DNA of 24,000 nt from contig DASUUV010000030.1 of the NCBI GenBank assembly GCA_036373895.1, forward strand, positions 33,093 to 57,092, written 5' to 3'. Both the position numbers and the translations under genes were made by a program. Shown in pieces: positions 15,130 through 24,000 of this stretch; positions within the stretch are counted from its first letter, which is position 1; every line of letters begins with the position of its first letter. The stretch comes from Nitrososphaera sp. Its GTDB lineage: Archaea > Thermoproteota > Nitrososphaeria > Nitrososphaerales > Nitrososphaeraceae. The notes under the pieces were generated by a model that saw nothing but the letters and a program-made list of their open reading frames with translations, was not told where the DNA came from and searched no databases.

Positions 15130-16470
15130 ATGGATGCACTTACTGTCAAAAAATGCATCAATCCCTCATGCGGTTTGACTCATGAGATTAACAATGATAT
15201 TTACAGATGCTCCTGTGGCTCACTTCTCGACATAAAGTATAGCGAGAAGCAAAGACGGGACTTAATAGAAAAGTTCTACCAGCGTAGGGATCATGGAGGC
15301 AACATTTACAACGAAAGCGGAGTATGGCGCTTTCGCGAGCTAATCAATTTTGCCGGTATAGACACAGAAGACTTTGAAGAATGCGCCCGTTTGATAGTGT
15401 CGCTTGACGGCTCTGAAGGCCGCCTTTCAAAACCTTACAAAATGAGCAAGGTAGCTGAGTATGCAAGCATGGACCATAATTCATTATTTCTTCAGCCAGA
15501 AGGATACAATCCATCAGGCTCGTTTAAGGATAACGGCATGTCGACTGCAATGACACATGCAAAAATGATTGGTGTCAAAAGGATAGTTTGTGCCTCTACT
15601 GGCAACACTTCAGCTTCTGCAGCAATGTATGCTGCAAACGAAAATATGACATGTGACGTCTACATTCCAAGAGGCGAAATTGCCCCTGGCAAGCTAGGTC
15701 AAGCCTTCCAGTTTGGCGCGCAGATAATACAAGTGCAAGGAAATTTTGATGACGCTCTTACTGCTTCGCTTAGAAACGCAAAAGAAACCGGGGGATACAC
15801 AGTCAACTCGGTCAATCCATTCCGCTTGGAGGGTCAAAAGACCATCATTTACCGAGTCCTTGAATACCTTGACTGGAACCCCCCGGACTGGATAGTGTAT
15901 CCGGGTGGAGCTCTAGGTAACACATCGAGCTGCGGAAAATGCTTGATTGAGCTCTATGAATGGGGCTGGATCAAGAAAATTCCACGGCTTGTAGTAGTGA
16001 ATGCAGACGGAGCAAATGCATTATACAAACTTTACAATGGATTCTTTGAAGACAAGCCTCTAAGATGGAACGGTGGCAGGCCAGATCTTGCAATGATTGA
16101 CCGCTATTATGCTGACTTGGACAAAAAAGGAATCAGGCCAAAGACCCATGCAACTGCGATTCAGATAGGTAGACCTGCCAATATTGTCAAGGCGCTGCGC
16201 GCCCTGGACTTTACTAATGGTGTAGTAGTGCAAGTGAGCGACAAGGAAATGAGCGATGGAATGTCAATTGTTGGTTTAAATGGCTTTGACTGCGAAATGG
16301 CATCAGGCGCAGTTCCAGCAGGTGTTAGAAAGCTCCGCAGGGAAGGGCTAATCGAGAAGGATGATCTGGTGGTTGGCATCCTTACCGGAAGGCAGAAGGA
16401 TCCTGCACTTGCGGTAGAATATCATATAAATGTAGACAATATGTTTGCAAGGCCACCCACAAGCCACTAG
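15130..16470 (+). CDS. thrC: threonine synthase with N-terminal zinc ribbon
   Basis: Has the SGSFKDNG PLP-lysine motif, a tryptophan-synthase-beta-like fold sequence, and an N-terminal CINPSCG...CSCGS ribbon. Confidence 0.9.
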   Translation: MDALTVKKCINPSCGLTHEINNDIYRCSCGSLLDIKYSEKQRRDLIEKFYQRRDHGGNIYNESGVWRFRELINFAGIDTEDFEECARLIVSLDGSEGRLSKPYKMSKVAEYASMDHNSLFLQPEGYNPSGSFKDNGMSTAMTHAKMIGVKRIVCASTGNTSASAAMYAANENMTCDVYIPRGEIAPGKLGQAFQFGAQIIQVQGNFDDALTASLRNAKETGGYTVNSVNPFRLEGQKTIIYRVLEYLDWNPPDWIVYPGGALGNTSSCGKCLIELYEWGWIKKIPRLVVVNADGANALYKLYNGFFEDKPLRWNGGRPDLAMIDRYYADLDKKGIRPKTHATAIQIGRPANIVKALRALDFTNGVVVQVSDKEMSDGMSIVGLNGFDCEMASGAVPAGVRKLRREGLIEKDDLVVGILTGRQKDPALAVEYHINVDNMFARPPTSH

Positions 16471-16717
16471 ACTTTTTCTAATTGCGTCAAAAAGAACATC
16501 AATGACTTTATTACTATATTGATAGTATCAAAATGATAATTTAATATTAATAGTATTGATAGGACTTTATTACCTTATTATTCAAAATGATACTAGATGC
16601 ATAGTCTCTAGTTAGACTTTTCGATGGATGTTTAAATTATCCTCTTTTTCAATTCGATAGGGAACAAAATCAACAATCAGCAAAAGTACATCTTTTACTG
16701 ATTGAGCAAAAATCCTG

Positions 16718-18118
16718 TTAGTCGGATGCTGCTCCCTTTAGAGCAGAAAGTATGGCATTTGCCTTATGCTCCGTTTCTGCCCATTCAAGCTCCGGATCAG
16801 AATCAATAACGATGCCTGCTCCTGACTCGACATATGCCTTGCTGCCATTCACAAATAGAGACCTTATCGTTATTGCAAAGTCGCATGAGCCATTAAATGA
16901 AAAATAACCTATGGCGCCAGCATAAGGTCCTCTGAGCGAAGGCTCGAGCTCGTCTATTATTTGCATTGCACGAACTTTAGGAGCGCCTGACACAGTGCCA
17001 GCTGGAAAGACAGCTTTGACAGAATTGTACGAATCAAAATTTTTGTGCAATCTACCCACTACGTGAGAGACAATATGTTGCACATGACTGAACCGCTTAA
17101 CGGTCATGAACTCCTCAACCTTAACCGTGCCAAATTCACAGACCCTTCCAATGTCATTTCTTGCTAGATCTACAAGCATTGTATGTTCAGCAACCTCCTT
17201 TTCGTCCTCGAGCAACTCTTGACGCAACTTTTCGTTCTTCTTTTCATCCTGCAGTATCTGCCTTGTGCCTGCGATAGGGAATGTCTCGATATAGTCTTTT
17301 GTGATACGAATGAGCATTTCAGGGCTTGAGCCTATTATGCACCTGTCAGACATTTTTAGCATATACATGTACGGCGAGGGATTTACTTCTCGAAGTTTAG
17401 CATACAGACAAATAAGGTTGCCCTTGACCCTAAACTTCATGCTCTTTGCAAGCACTACTTGGAAAATGTGACCATCATATATGTAGCGCTTGGCCTTCCT
17501 CACCATTTTGACAAAGTCTTTTTTCGTCATGTTTCTCTTTGGCGTCGAATATGAGAACTTAGCAGGTTTAGTTTTCATCCTGGCCATCTTGTGCTCGATT
17601 TGCTCTATCCGCGATTTTCCAAGGAAAAAATAGTAAGCTTGGTTTTCTTTGTGGTTGAAGAGTATACCGTCATCATAGATGCCAAATTCTAGCAGCGGAA
17701 AGTTGCTAGCTTTTTTGTTGTTGTTGTTGTTGTTGTTGATTGACAAATGCTCCCAGAACCGGATCGCGTCGTAATTGATGTATCCTACTGCGCCACCAAC
17801 ATAGCGGAAACGATCATCATTCACTTTGGGCATTAACTCGCGGAGGCTCGATAGTGGTTCTTTTGCCGGCGAGCATTGTAGAATTCTTCCGCTCCTATCT
17901 TTAACCTTGAAATTATTAGAGTCGCATGTTACAATCAGTTTGGGGTCAAAGCCAATGAGAGACATTTCAGCTAGCTCTTCTGGCCCGATGAGCGACTCCA
18001 AGATGAAGACCCTTTGGTAAAGGAAGTAGAGCTTCTTAAAAAGTTGAAACTGGTTTTCAGAAGTGGTGAGCTTCTGTACCTGGACTGAACCGCCTATGAG
18101 ACGACCAAAAGCAATCAC
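16718..18118 (-). CDS. chorismate-utilising enzyme, anthranilate synthase component I / aminodeoxychorismate synthase family
   Basis: Has FILES...SLIGFDP at the N-terminus, PAGTVSGAPKVRAMQIIDELE and GAGIVIDSDPELEWAETEHKA. GTG start. No glutamine amidotransferase partner is adjacent, so TrpE versus PabB is unresolved. Confidence 0.85.
   Translation of the reverse strand: MIAFGRLIGGSVQVQKLTTSENQFQLFKKLYFLYQRVFILESLIGPEELAEMSLIGFDPKLIVTCDSNNFKVKDRSGRILQCSPAKEPLSSLRELMPKVNDDRFRYVGGAVGYINYDAIRFWEHLSINNNNNNNKKASNFPLLEFGIYDDGILFNHKENQAYYFFLGKSRIEQIEHKMARMKTKPAKFSYSTPKRNMTKKDFVKMVRKAKRYIYDGHIFQVVLAKSMKFRVKGNLICLYAKLREVNPSPYMYMLKMSDRCIIGSSPEMLIRITKDYIETFPIAGTRQILQDEKKNEKLRQELLEDEKEVAEHTMLVDLARNDIGRVCEFGTVKVEEFMTVKRFSHVQHIVSHVVGRLHKNFDSYNSVKAVFPAGTVSGAPKVRAMQIIDELEPSLRGPYAGAIGYFSFNGSCDFAITIRSLFVNGSKAYVESGAGIVIDSDPELEWAETEHKANAILSALKGAASD
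17715..17738 (-). repeat. perfect trinucleotide microsatellite, (TTG)8 on plus strand = (AAC)7 codons, inside the TrpE/PabB-family CDS
   Basis: Read directly. It encodes SINNNNNNNKK in the variable N-terminal half of the protein. Confidence 0.95.
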
Positions 18119-18179
18119 TCTTGCTCATATTCTCCAACCTATAATTGAGTCTGCAGTAAAAATAAAATTTAAACCTTTA

Positions 18180-19856
18180 TCACTTGGTAGCGGCCATGAC
18201 TGCGCCTTCCGATGCAGACCCGACTAGCAAAGCGTATTTTGCAAGAGCCCCTGCGGTATAGCGAGGTTTGATAGGCTTCCACTTCTTTATCCTTTTTCTT
18301 AGCTCGCCATCCGAAACCATGAGGTCTATTCTGCCTTTTTGCATGTCAATTATGATTTGATCATATTCCTTTGCTAGGGCAATTGGACCACCCATCATCG
18401 CTTCAGGAGCAACATGACCTACCATAAATCCCCTAGTTGCACCTGAAAACCTCCCATCTGTGACCATCGCAACTTTTTCTCCTAGGCCTTGCCCTACGAC
18501 AGCGGCGGTTACTGCGAGCATTTCACGCATTCCCGGTCCTCCTTTTGGTCCCTCATAACGGATCACGATTATGTCGCCTTCTGCTATCTTGCGCTTTGAT
18601 ACGGCTTCAAACGCGTCCTCTTCTGTATCAAATACTCTTGCCCTGCCAACAAATTTCTTGCTTTGTACTCCTGCAAGCTTCATTACTGCGCCTTCGGGGG
18701 CAAGTGAGCCTTTAAGCACCTTGAGTGTACCTTCGTGCTTGATTGGGTTGTTGAGATGTCTGATTACCTTATTGTCAATATCGAAGTTAAACTTAACAGA
18801 TTCCAAATCTTCTTTCATGGTCCTGCCGCTGACTGTCAAGACATTGCCGTTTAAAAGACTCTTTTTGAGCAGACTATTGAGTATCACCGGGACTCCACCG
18901 ACTTTGTCCAGGTCGGCCATGATATACATTCCGCCGGGCCTCATGTCTGCGATGTGAGGAGTGCGCTTGCGAATCCTTTCAAAGTCTGAAAGCTTCAGTT
19001 TTACTCCTACTTCCCTTGCTATTGCGAGGAGGTGCAGCACAGCATTGGTCGAACCGCCTATTGCATTAGCCATCATAATTGCATTTTCAAAGGCTTCAAA
19101 GGTCATGATGTCGCGCGGTCTGATGTTGCTTTCAAGCAAGCTCATTATGGCCTTGCCAGTGTTATAGCAGATTTCGAGCCGTCTTTCGCTTTCTGCTGGA
19201 GCAGAAGCGCTTCCAAGGATTGACATTCCCAGCGCTTCGCTAATTGAGGCCATCGTATTTGCAGTGTACATGCCAGCACATGACCCTGCGCTAGGACATG
19301 CAACGTTTTCAAGGCTGACGAGTTCCTGCAATGTCGTCTTGCCGGCGTCATATGCCCCTACAGCTTCATATACATCCTGCACTGTTACCTGCTTACCATT
19401 CCACAGGCCCGGCATGATAGTTCCGCCATAAACAAATATTGAGGGTCGGTTCAGCCGGCCCATACCCATTAGTGTCCCGGGTAAGCTCTTGTCACAGCCT
19501 GATATACCCACTATACCGTCGTATTGATGGGCTCTGACCATTACTTCAATAGAATCTGCGATTATTTCACGGCTCACAAGAGAGGCCTTCATGCCCTCGT
19601 GGCCCATGGCAATGCCATCAGAAACTGCAATCGCGGTGAACTCCCTTGGCGTGCATCCTGCATCTTTTACACCACGTTTAGCGCTCTGGGCAAGTCGTCC
19701 AAGATGGATGTTGCATGGGGTGGCCTCATTACACGTAGAAGATACTCCTACCAGAGGCCGGTCCAAGTCTCCATCTGTCAGCCCCATTGCCTTGTACATT
19801 GCCCGATGCGGAGCCCTCTCTGGCCCCTCGAGCGTCTTTCTACTCTCGAGCTTCAT
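18180..19856 (-). CDS. ilvD: dihydroxy-acid dehydratase
   Basis: 558 aa with full-length IlvD/Edd family similarity ([32 protein letters not shown]). Confidence 0.95.
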   Translation of the reverse strand: MKLESRKTLEGPERAPHRAMYKAMGLTDGDLDRPLVGVSSTCNEATPCNIHLGRLAQSAKRGVKDAGCTPREFTAIAVSDGIAMGHEGMKASLVSREIIADSIEVMVRAHQYDGIVGISGCDKSLPGTLMGMGRLNRPSIFVYGGTIMPGLWNGKQVTVQDVYEAVGAYDAGKTTLQELVSLENVACPSAGSCAGMYTANTMASISEALGMSILGSASAPAESERRLEICYNTGKAIMSLLESNIRPRDIMTFEAFENAIMMANAIGGSTNAVLHLLAIAREVGVKLKLSDFERIRKRTPHIADMRPGGMYIMADLDKVGGVPVILNSLLKKSLLNGNVLTVSGRTMKEDLESVKFNFDIDNKVIRHLNNPIKHEGTLKVLKGSLAPEGAVMKLAGVQSKKFVGRARVFDTEEDAFEAVSKRKIAEGDIIVIRYEGPKGGPGMREMLAVTAAVVGQGLGEKVAMVTDGRFSGATRGFMVGHVAPEAMMGGPIALAKEYDQIIIDMQKGRIDLMVSDGELRKRIKKWKPIKPRYTAGALAKYALLVGSASEGAVMAATK

Positions 19857-19896
19857 TGCAATTATCGATACAGGTGCATATTTTAAGATTTTTCAG

Positions 19897-20085
19897 TTAC
19901 TCAAGAGTCGCCGTGATCTTGACAGCATCAATCCCTTCTACCTTGAAAACTGTCTCGCACATGCCGCATTCTGCATTACCGCTTGAAAGATCCTTTGCAG
20001 GCACCTCTTCATTCAAGTAGTCACATTTGGGGCAGCGGAAGGAGAAGGTCATGTCAAAGCTATCAAGCTCTAGTGTTTCGCCCAT
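19897..20085 (-). CDS. small zinc-ribbon protein (62 aa)
   Basis: Has CPKC...CGMC pairs. It lies 40 nt upstream of ilvD on the same strand, with a TATA-like TTTTTAAATA about 33 nt upstream. Confidence 0.55.
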   Translation of the reverse strand: MGETLELDSFDMTFSFRCPKCDYLNEEVPAKDLSSGNAECGMCETVFKVEGIDAVKITATLE

Positions 20086-20180
20086 CTATGTAAAATTCGG
20101 ATCCTTGGTCTATTTAAAAATTCATATGCTTAATAGCAAAAAATAAACAACCAAATAATTCACAAGCTATTACGCACAGC

Positions 20181-20600
20181 ATGAGCAAACTATGCATCTT
20201 CTGCTCCATAATTGCCGGGCAAGAGCCCTGCGTGCAGATCCACCGCGATAACGGCTTTTTAGTCCTTATGGATAAATATCCAATCAATCCGGGCCATGCC
20301 CTAGTGATGCCGACAAAGCATTACGAGACATTGCTCCAAATGCCTCCTGCCGAAGTAGGCAAATTGTATTCTTTGGTACCCACAATTGCTAAGGCAATAA
20401 TATCAGCTGTAAAGGCTGATGGCTTTAATGTGGGACAGAACAACGGAATAGCTGCAAACCAGATTGTCCCACACGTACACGTTCACATTGTCCCCCGGTT
20501 TCATGATGACAGCCCTGACGGAAAATGGCCTTCCCGGAGGGTTGCCTCTCAGGAAGACATAGTTAAAATAGCAAAAAAGATCAAAGATGAAATCTCTTAA
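20181..20600 (+). CDS. HIT-family nucleotide hydrolase/transferase
   Basis: Has the histidine triad HVHVHIVPR and an N-terminal CIFCSI zinc-type motif. Confidence 0.9.
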   Translation: MSKLCIFCSIIAGQEPCVQIHRDNGFLVLMDKYPINPGHALVMPTKHYETLLQMPPAEVGKLYSLVPTIAKAIISAVKADGFNVGQNNGIAANQIVPHVHVHIVPRFHDDSPDGKWPSRRVASQEDIVKIAKKIKDEIS

Positions 20601-20746
20601 GTTGTTCAAAATAACTTTGGTAATCCTCAATATGTTATCGACCGCCGTCAGTACAAGGCACTGCTGGTCAGCTAAGAAAAGGGGTAAAGTGGTGTAGCTA
20701 ACACTAGGGTTACTTGATCAGCTAGCTAAGAGATCTGAGTGAGACA

Positions 20747-20802
20747 AAATGTAACCTTTACACCCCATACTTAGAAATGTAACCTTTACACCCCATACTT
20801 AG
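20747..20802. repeat. perfect tandem duplication, 2 x 28 nt (AAATGTAACCTTTACACCCCATACTTAG)
   Basis: Units 20747-20774 and 20775-20802 are identical with no spacer. They lie in the convergent intergenic region between the HIT gene and the phosphoesterase pseudogene. Confidence 0.95.
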
Positions 20803-20899
20803 TAGAAAAAACTCTCCTTTGAGACACAGCCTCTGACATACTATCCTAGTTCTGGTCACAATCTTCTACAATTCTTTTGCTAATAGTTCAAACTGCTAC

Positions 20900-21682
20900 T
20901 CAAGATGATGAAGGCCTTTTTTCTTCGTCCAGTTCATAGGCTCTTTTGGCATTGATCTCTAGAATTCCTTTGTTCTCCCCATATGCTCGTAATGTTCCAC
21001 CAAATACAACACCACCATCCAATGCGCATGCCCAGAGAGAGACCCGTGCCTTATCATGTCGTTTATGTCTGAAAAAGATATTTATCGAAGGAGGAGAATG
21101 ATGCCTCTGTTAGGAGTACAGATAGGGATATTCGTACCACCGCGGATCCATGCCTTCATTGGAAATTTTCTTAGTCTTTGGATTCCATGTCCATGTCCTA
21201 ATATAGATACAATGATCCTTGTCCTGTCTGTTGATGGCTCTATCCGGACGTATCCCCGCATGTACAACATATGAAGTCTCTGCGTACCTTACTATCGAAA
21301 GAAGAGATTCTAACCATTTCAATAATGACGGATCTCGGAGAAATGCTTCTCCACATTGCTGAATTGTCTTGACAAGAGCAATAGTTTGTACGTGATGCCC
21401 TCTAAGATATCTCAGAAGCTTCTTTTCATGATTGGACATCAATGAATAAACTGAGGGAGTATTCATTGCAAACATTAGAGTTTCTTTAATCTTGGGGCCG
21501 CAATCGATATGGTCGCCGGTCAGTATCAGAATATGACTCTGTAGCGACCAATCAATCGCATCAAGCAGTTCACTGAGCTCGTCATAAGAGACATCCATGG
21601 CTCTTATGTTTGCAACCTTCTTGTCTGTGCAATGCCGTCGCAAGTCGAGGATTTGGGCAATTACCCCGCGATTCGGTTTCAT
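20900..21682 (-). pseudogene. ApaH/PrpE-like metallophosphoesterase interrupted by an in-frame TAA and with degraded catalytic motifs
   Basis: The 190-aa ORF carries GDHIDCGP, SNHE and VVHAGI. After the TAA at 21107-21109 the same frame continues QRHHSPPSINIFFRHKRHDKARVSLWACALDGGVVFGGTLRAY..., the expected C-terminal GH and DxG..GG..L blocks, to a TGA at 20900-20902. Motif I reads AMDVSYDEL instead of GDxHGxYDEL. Confidence 0.6.
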
Positions 21683-21956
21683 GTCTTGACATGAGTTGTT
21701 CTTGATAGTTAATGAAGCTGAGGTCCAATGCCTATATGAAAGATAATGATTCAGAAGTTTTGATAGGAGCTAGCAAAAAAATAAGGGGATATTATGCGCG
21801 CAATGATGGACATACTGCTGACGGGAATACTAAGATGATTTGGTTCTGACAATTAAGGTCATGATTCTTCAATTGTTGGAACGTTGTGCAACATCAAGAT
21901 CAAAATCAGAATCTGTGCCTTTTTTGCCCTAGACTGCAAAGGCATAAGGCAAATGC

Positions 21957-22259
21957 CTATTGACTTTCCTTAAGCATCAGGTGACGCCTTTTTGTTATCT
22001 CGAGCTCGTTTTCCTCGAGAAGATACCTCAGGTCATAGTCATGGCGCGGACAAAGGTACAATATGAGCTTGAAAGCGTTGATATCTGCAAGCGAGTCCCT
22101 TTCTACCATCATCTGTTTTTCCCCGGCATCAACGTTCAAAGCATTGATATCACTTTCCTTGATGACGACGTAGACGGATGCGCGCTCAAAGCATGCAGCG
22201 ACCTGACATGCTGGATGCTGCAATGGAACTCTAAGACCCTCGCCATCATCGGTTAGCAT
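21957..22259 (-). CDS. hypothetical protein (about 100 aa)
   Basis: The minus-strand ORF has its first ATG at 22257-22259 and a TAAATAT box about 30 nt upstream. The fully overlapping plus-strand ORF 21960-22256 has no such signals. I recognise no family. Confidence 0.4.
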   Translation of the reverse strand: MLTDDGEGLRVPLQHPACQVAACFERASVYVVIKESDINALNVDAGEKQMMVERDSLADINAFKLILYLCPRHDYDLRYLLEENELEITKRRHLMLKESQ

Positions 22260-23023
22260 ATTGCAATACAATATGTTAGAGTTTCATATTTACAGGTTAT
22301 TTCTGTCTCTAATGAATTGTTCTTAGTAATGAAAAATTAGATTTATCTTACTATATAGTCGATGGAATTGCTTAATAGGTTGAATATGAAATAACTTGAG
22401 AATAGAAAATATATTTATGGATTATGGGTATAGATTATGGGCGTAGATGACTTCCCTATTTGTAATGATGCCTCTTTATTTAAGAAAGATTTTAAAGAAG
22501 ACTTCCTATCAAAATTTGAAACGCGTTAATCATATTTTGTCGTGCAGCTATAAGCTCCCTCCTCATGAGTAAGAAACCTGGTCTTTTCGCTCCAAGGTCT
22601 CAGAGTTTGCTTGCAGTAGGCCTCTGCCACAGAAGACGCTTATGCTTATTGCAACTTTCTACGTTAGGCAACTTAATGCAGCGATCAGAACTTAATTGTC
22701 CTTGTTCTCCTGTGCTGGTCCAATGCTAAATCACGTGCGTTCAAACAGCGAACAACTTTCCTGAGGGCATAAATAGCCTTGTTCTTAGGAGGCCTCGATA
22801 GTATGCATCTTTCTTTGAAACTACAGGGGTATTTTGAGGGGTCCATATCTCAACAATAACATATATCAGATAATACGTCAGCTGCTCAGTGATCATGCCA
22901 CTTGTGGTTATATTATCTAATGTTGGCACTATCATGAGGACTCCAAGTAATAATCTTGCTATGCCTAAACCATGCTGAATAACGATAGAAAAAAATTTTC
23001 ACGGCTTTATGGCTTATTCTTTT

Positions 23024-24000
23024 CTAAGTCATCTCCTGAAGATCCGGCCGATACTGGTCAATGACCTTCGACATACCTCGCATATAGCTTCTGGCAAGAG
23101 TCTGGATCGGTTGTGACGAGGTCCAAATGCAACCGAGCACCTTGCAATCGTGGCATGTTCTGGCAATGTCCCACTCGGGAGCGTTCCAAATTTCATCTAT
23201 GCTCTTCTCAAGAAGGCTATATGTGTTCTCCGGGGAATTAAACTTCCAACAGGGCACTATAACGGTGCCGTTTCCGTTTACAAATATACTCTTCCAAACT
23301 CCGCATTCGTCAAAAAGCGTCCGGCCATGTTCTATTATCTGTTGAAAATATTCTGGTGGTATCAGCATACGCAGTGAGCCAGACTTTTTCATATAATCGA
23401 GAACACTTCTGCACACATTGACCATCGTTTCTCGATCCGGCAACAGTGAATAATCAACATCAGACCTGTCTTCAACAAATGTGAGAGAGATTGCGCTTGC
23501 TCCGAGATCCTTTGCCCTGTCAAAGTAAGTCTGATCGATGAACTCTTGCGTATTGAATTTTGTTATCACGCTGTTAAAATAGTGGGGTACTTCATGTCTT
23601 GTCAGCAGGCGTAAGTTGTCCATGACTCTCCTGAAGATCTGGGGAGACACACCTCGCACTTTACAGTAGGGCTCTTCATAAGTGGAATCGATGCTGCATG
23701 TCACAAACTGAATATATTTTCTCAGATTCTCTAGATCAATCCTGTGCAGGAGCGAGCAGTTGGTGATAAGCGTTATGGGCATCTTGATGTTGTGCAGATA
23801 CTCAATAAGCTCCATAAAGTCTGGTCTGCTAGTAGGTTCTCCGCCTTCTATTATGCACCAGACACAATATTTTGACACCTTGTCAAAGACCGTCTTCCAT
23901 TGCTGTGTCGTAAGATCCGCGGTCTTGGCGAGCGTTATTTGTCCTTCCTTGTCGGGATCACCGAAGGGACACATGGGACAATAAAAATTGCAGTAGTGTG
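23024..24000 (-). CDS. radical SAM protein with Cys-rich C-terminal extension, 5' end beyond window
   Basis: The reading frame stays open upstream of the tracked Met. The last 27 nt read HYCNFYCPMC, the CxxxCxxC radical SAM cluster motif. The C-terminus has C...C...CxxC...C (CGVW..PCW..CHDCKVLGC), reminiscent of a twitch/SPASM auxiliary-cluster domain. Confidence 0.8.
   Translation of the reverse strand, partial: HYCNFYCPMCPFGDPDKEGQITLAKTADLTTQQWKTVFDKVSKYCVWCIIEGGEPTSRPDFMELIEYLHNIKMPITLITNCSLLHRIDLENLRKYIQFVTCSIDSTYEEPYCKVRGVSPQIFRRVMDNLRLLTRHEVPHYFNSVITKFNTQEFIDQTYFDRAKDLGASAISLTFVEDRSDVDYSLLPDRETMVNVCRSVLDYMKKSGSLRMLIPPEYFQQIIEHGRTLFDECGVWKSIFVNGNGTVIVPCWKFNSPENTYSLLEKSIDEIWNAPEWDIARTCHDCKVLGCIWTSSQPIQTLARSYMRGMSKVIDQYRPDLQEMT

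Noticed and set aside
16468-16497. Sequence after the thrC stop (TAG AC TTTTTCTAATTGCGTCAAAAAGAA) as a fourth copy of the palindromic element
   Set aside because: Only about 13/26 positions match, mainly the TTTCTAA word. It forms a different hairpin (CTTTTT/AAAAAG). I treat it as an ordinary 3' hairpin.
20683-20745. tRNA-like start (GGGGTAAAGTGGTGTAGCTAACAC...) upstream of the tandem repeat
   Set aside because: A D-arm-like GTGT/ACAC pairing exists. However, I could not build an anticodon arm, a T arm or a matching 3' acceptor strand, so it is not a tRNA or a convincing tRNA fragment.
20747-20802. Possible CRISPR array
   Set aside because: There are only two repeat units, directly abutting with no spacer, and no cas genes in the window.
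20901-20916. C/D-box sRNA candidates (ATGATGA words at 20905-20911 and at 20514-20520)
   Set aside because: There is no correctly spaced CUGA D box or internal C'/D' pair. Both words lie inside coding or pseudogene sequence.
21056-21274. 72-aa plus-strand and 62-aa minus-strand ORFs (21056-21274 and 21082-21270)
   Set aside because: Both are nested in the phosphoesterase pseudogene in other frames and have no independent support.
21960-22256. 98-aa plus-strand ORF overlapping the 21957-22271 minus-strand ORF
   Set aside because: Only one of the pair can reasonably be real. The minus-strand version has an ATG with a TATA-like box at leaderless spacing and a more protein-like composition. Confidence in either is still low.

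Overview
This window looks like archaeal chromosome, most likely from a thaumarchaeon (Nitrososphaeria). The lineage call is an inference from three things: eS4-containing archaeal r-protein order, a CdvB/ESCRT-III gene, and leaderless-style TATA spacing alongside GGTGA Shine-Dalgarno sites inside operons. Most of it is housekeeping. 2-3131 (+): a ribosomal protein block (uL14-uL24-eS4-uL5-uS14-uS8-uL6). 3182-3288 (+): an intron-containing tRNA-Asn(GUU). 3413-6920 (-): an operon of NDP-sugar pyrophosphorylase, F420/LLM-type oxidoreductase, thiolase, DUF35 and a hypothetical gene. 8131-13571: a biotin cluster (bioD, bioA, bioB, bioF). 13987-20600: cdvB, thrC, a TrpE/PabB-family gene, ilvD, a small zinc-ribbon gene and a HIT hydrolase. 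20600-24000: a gene-poor, partly decayed tail with a metallophosphoesterase pseudogene, a 2 x 28-nt tandem repeat and AT-rich non-coding DNA, ending in a radical SAM gene that runs off the window. The most unusual part is inside the biotin cluster. A small serine recombinase (resolvase/invertase type) sits between bioA and bioB. bioB-bioF is bracketed by two direct copies of a 26-nt palindromic site (11 nt - CG - 11 nt core). A third copy lies at 3385-3410. Two of the three copies begin exactly 2 nt after a stop codon, in the same orientation relative to the gene. Whether the element is a recombination site, an operator or a 3'-end hairpin cannot be decided from sequence alone. I see no CRISPR array, rRNA or recognisable defence operon.
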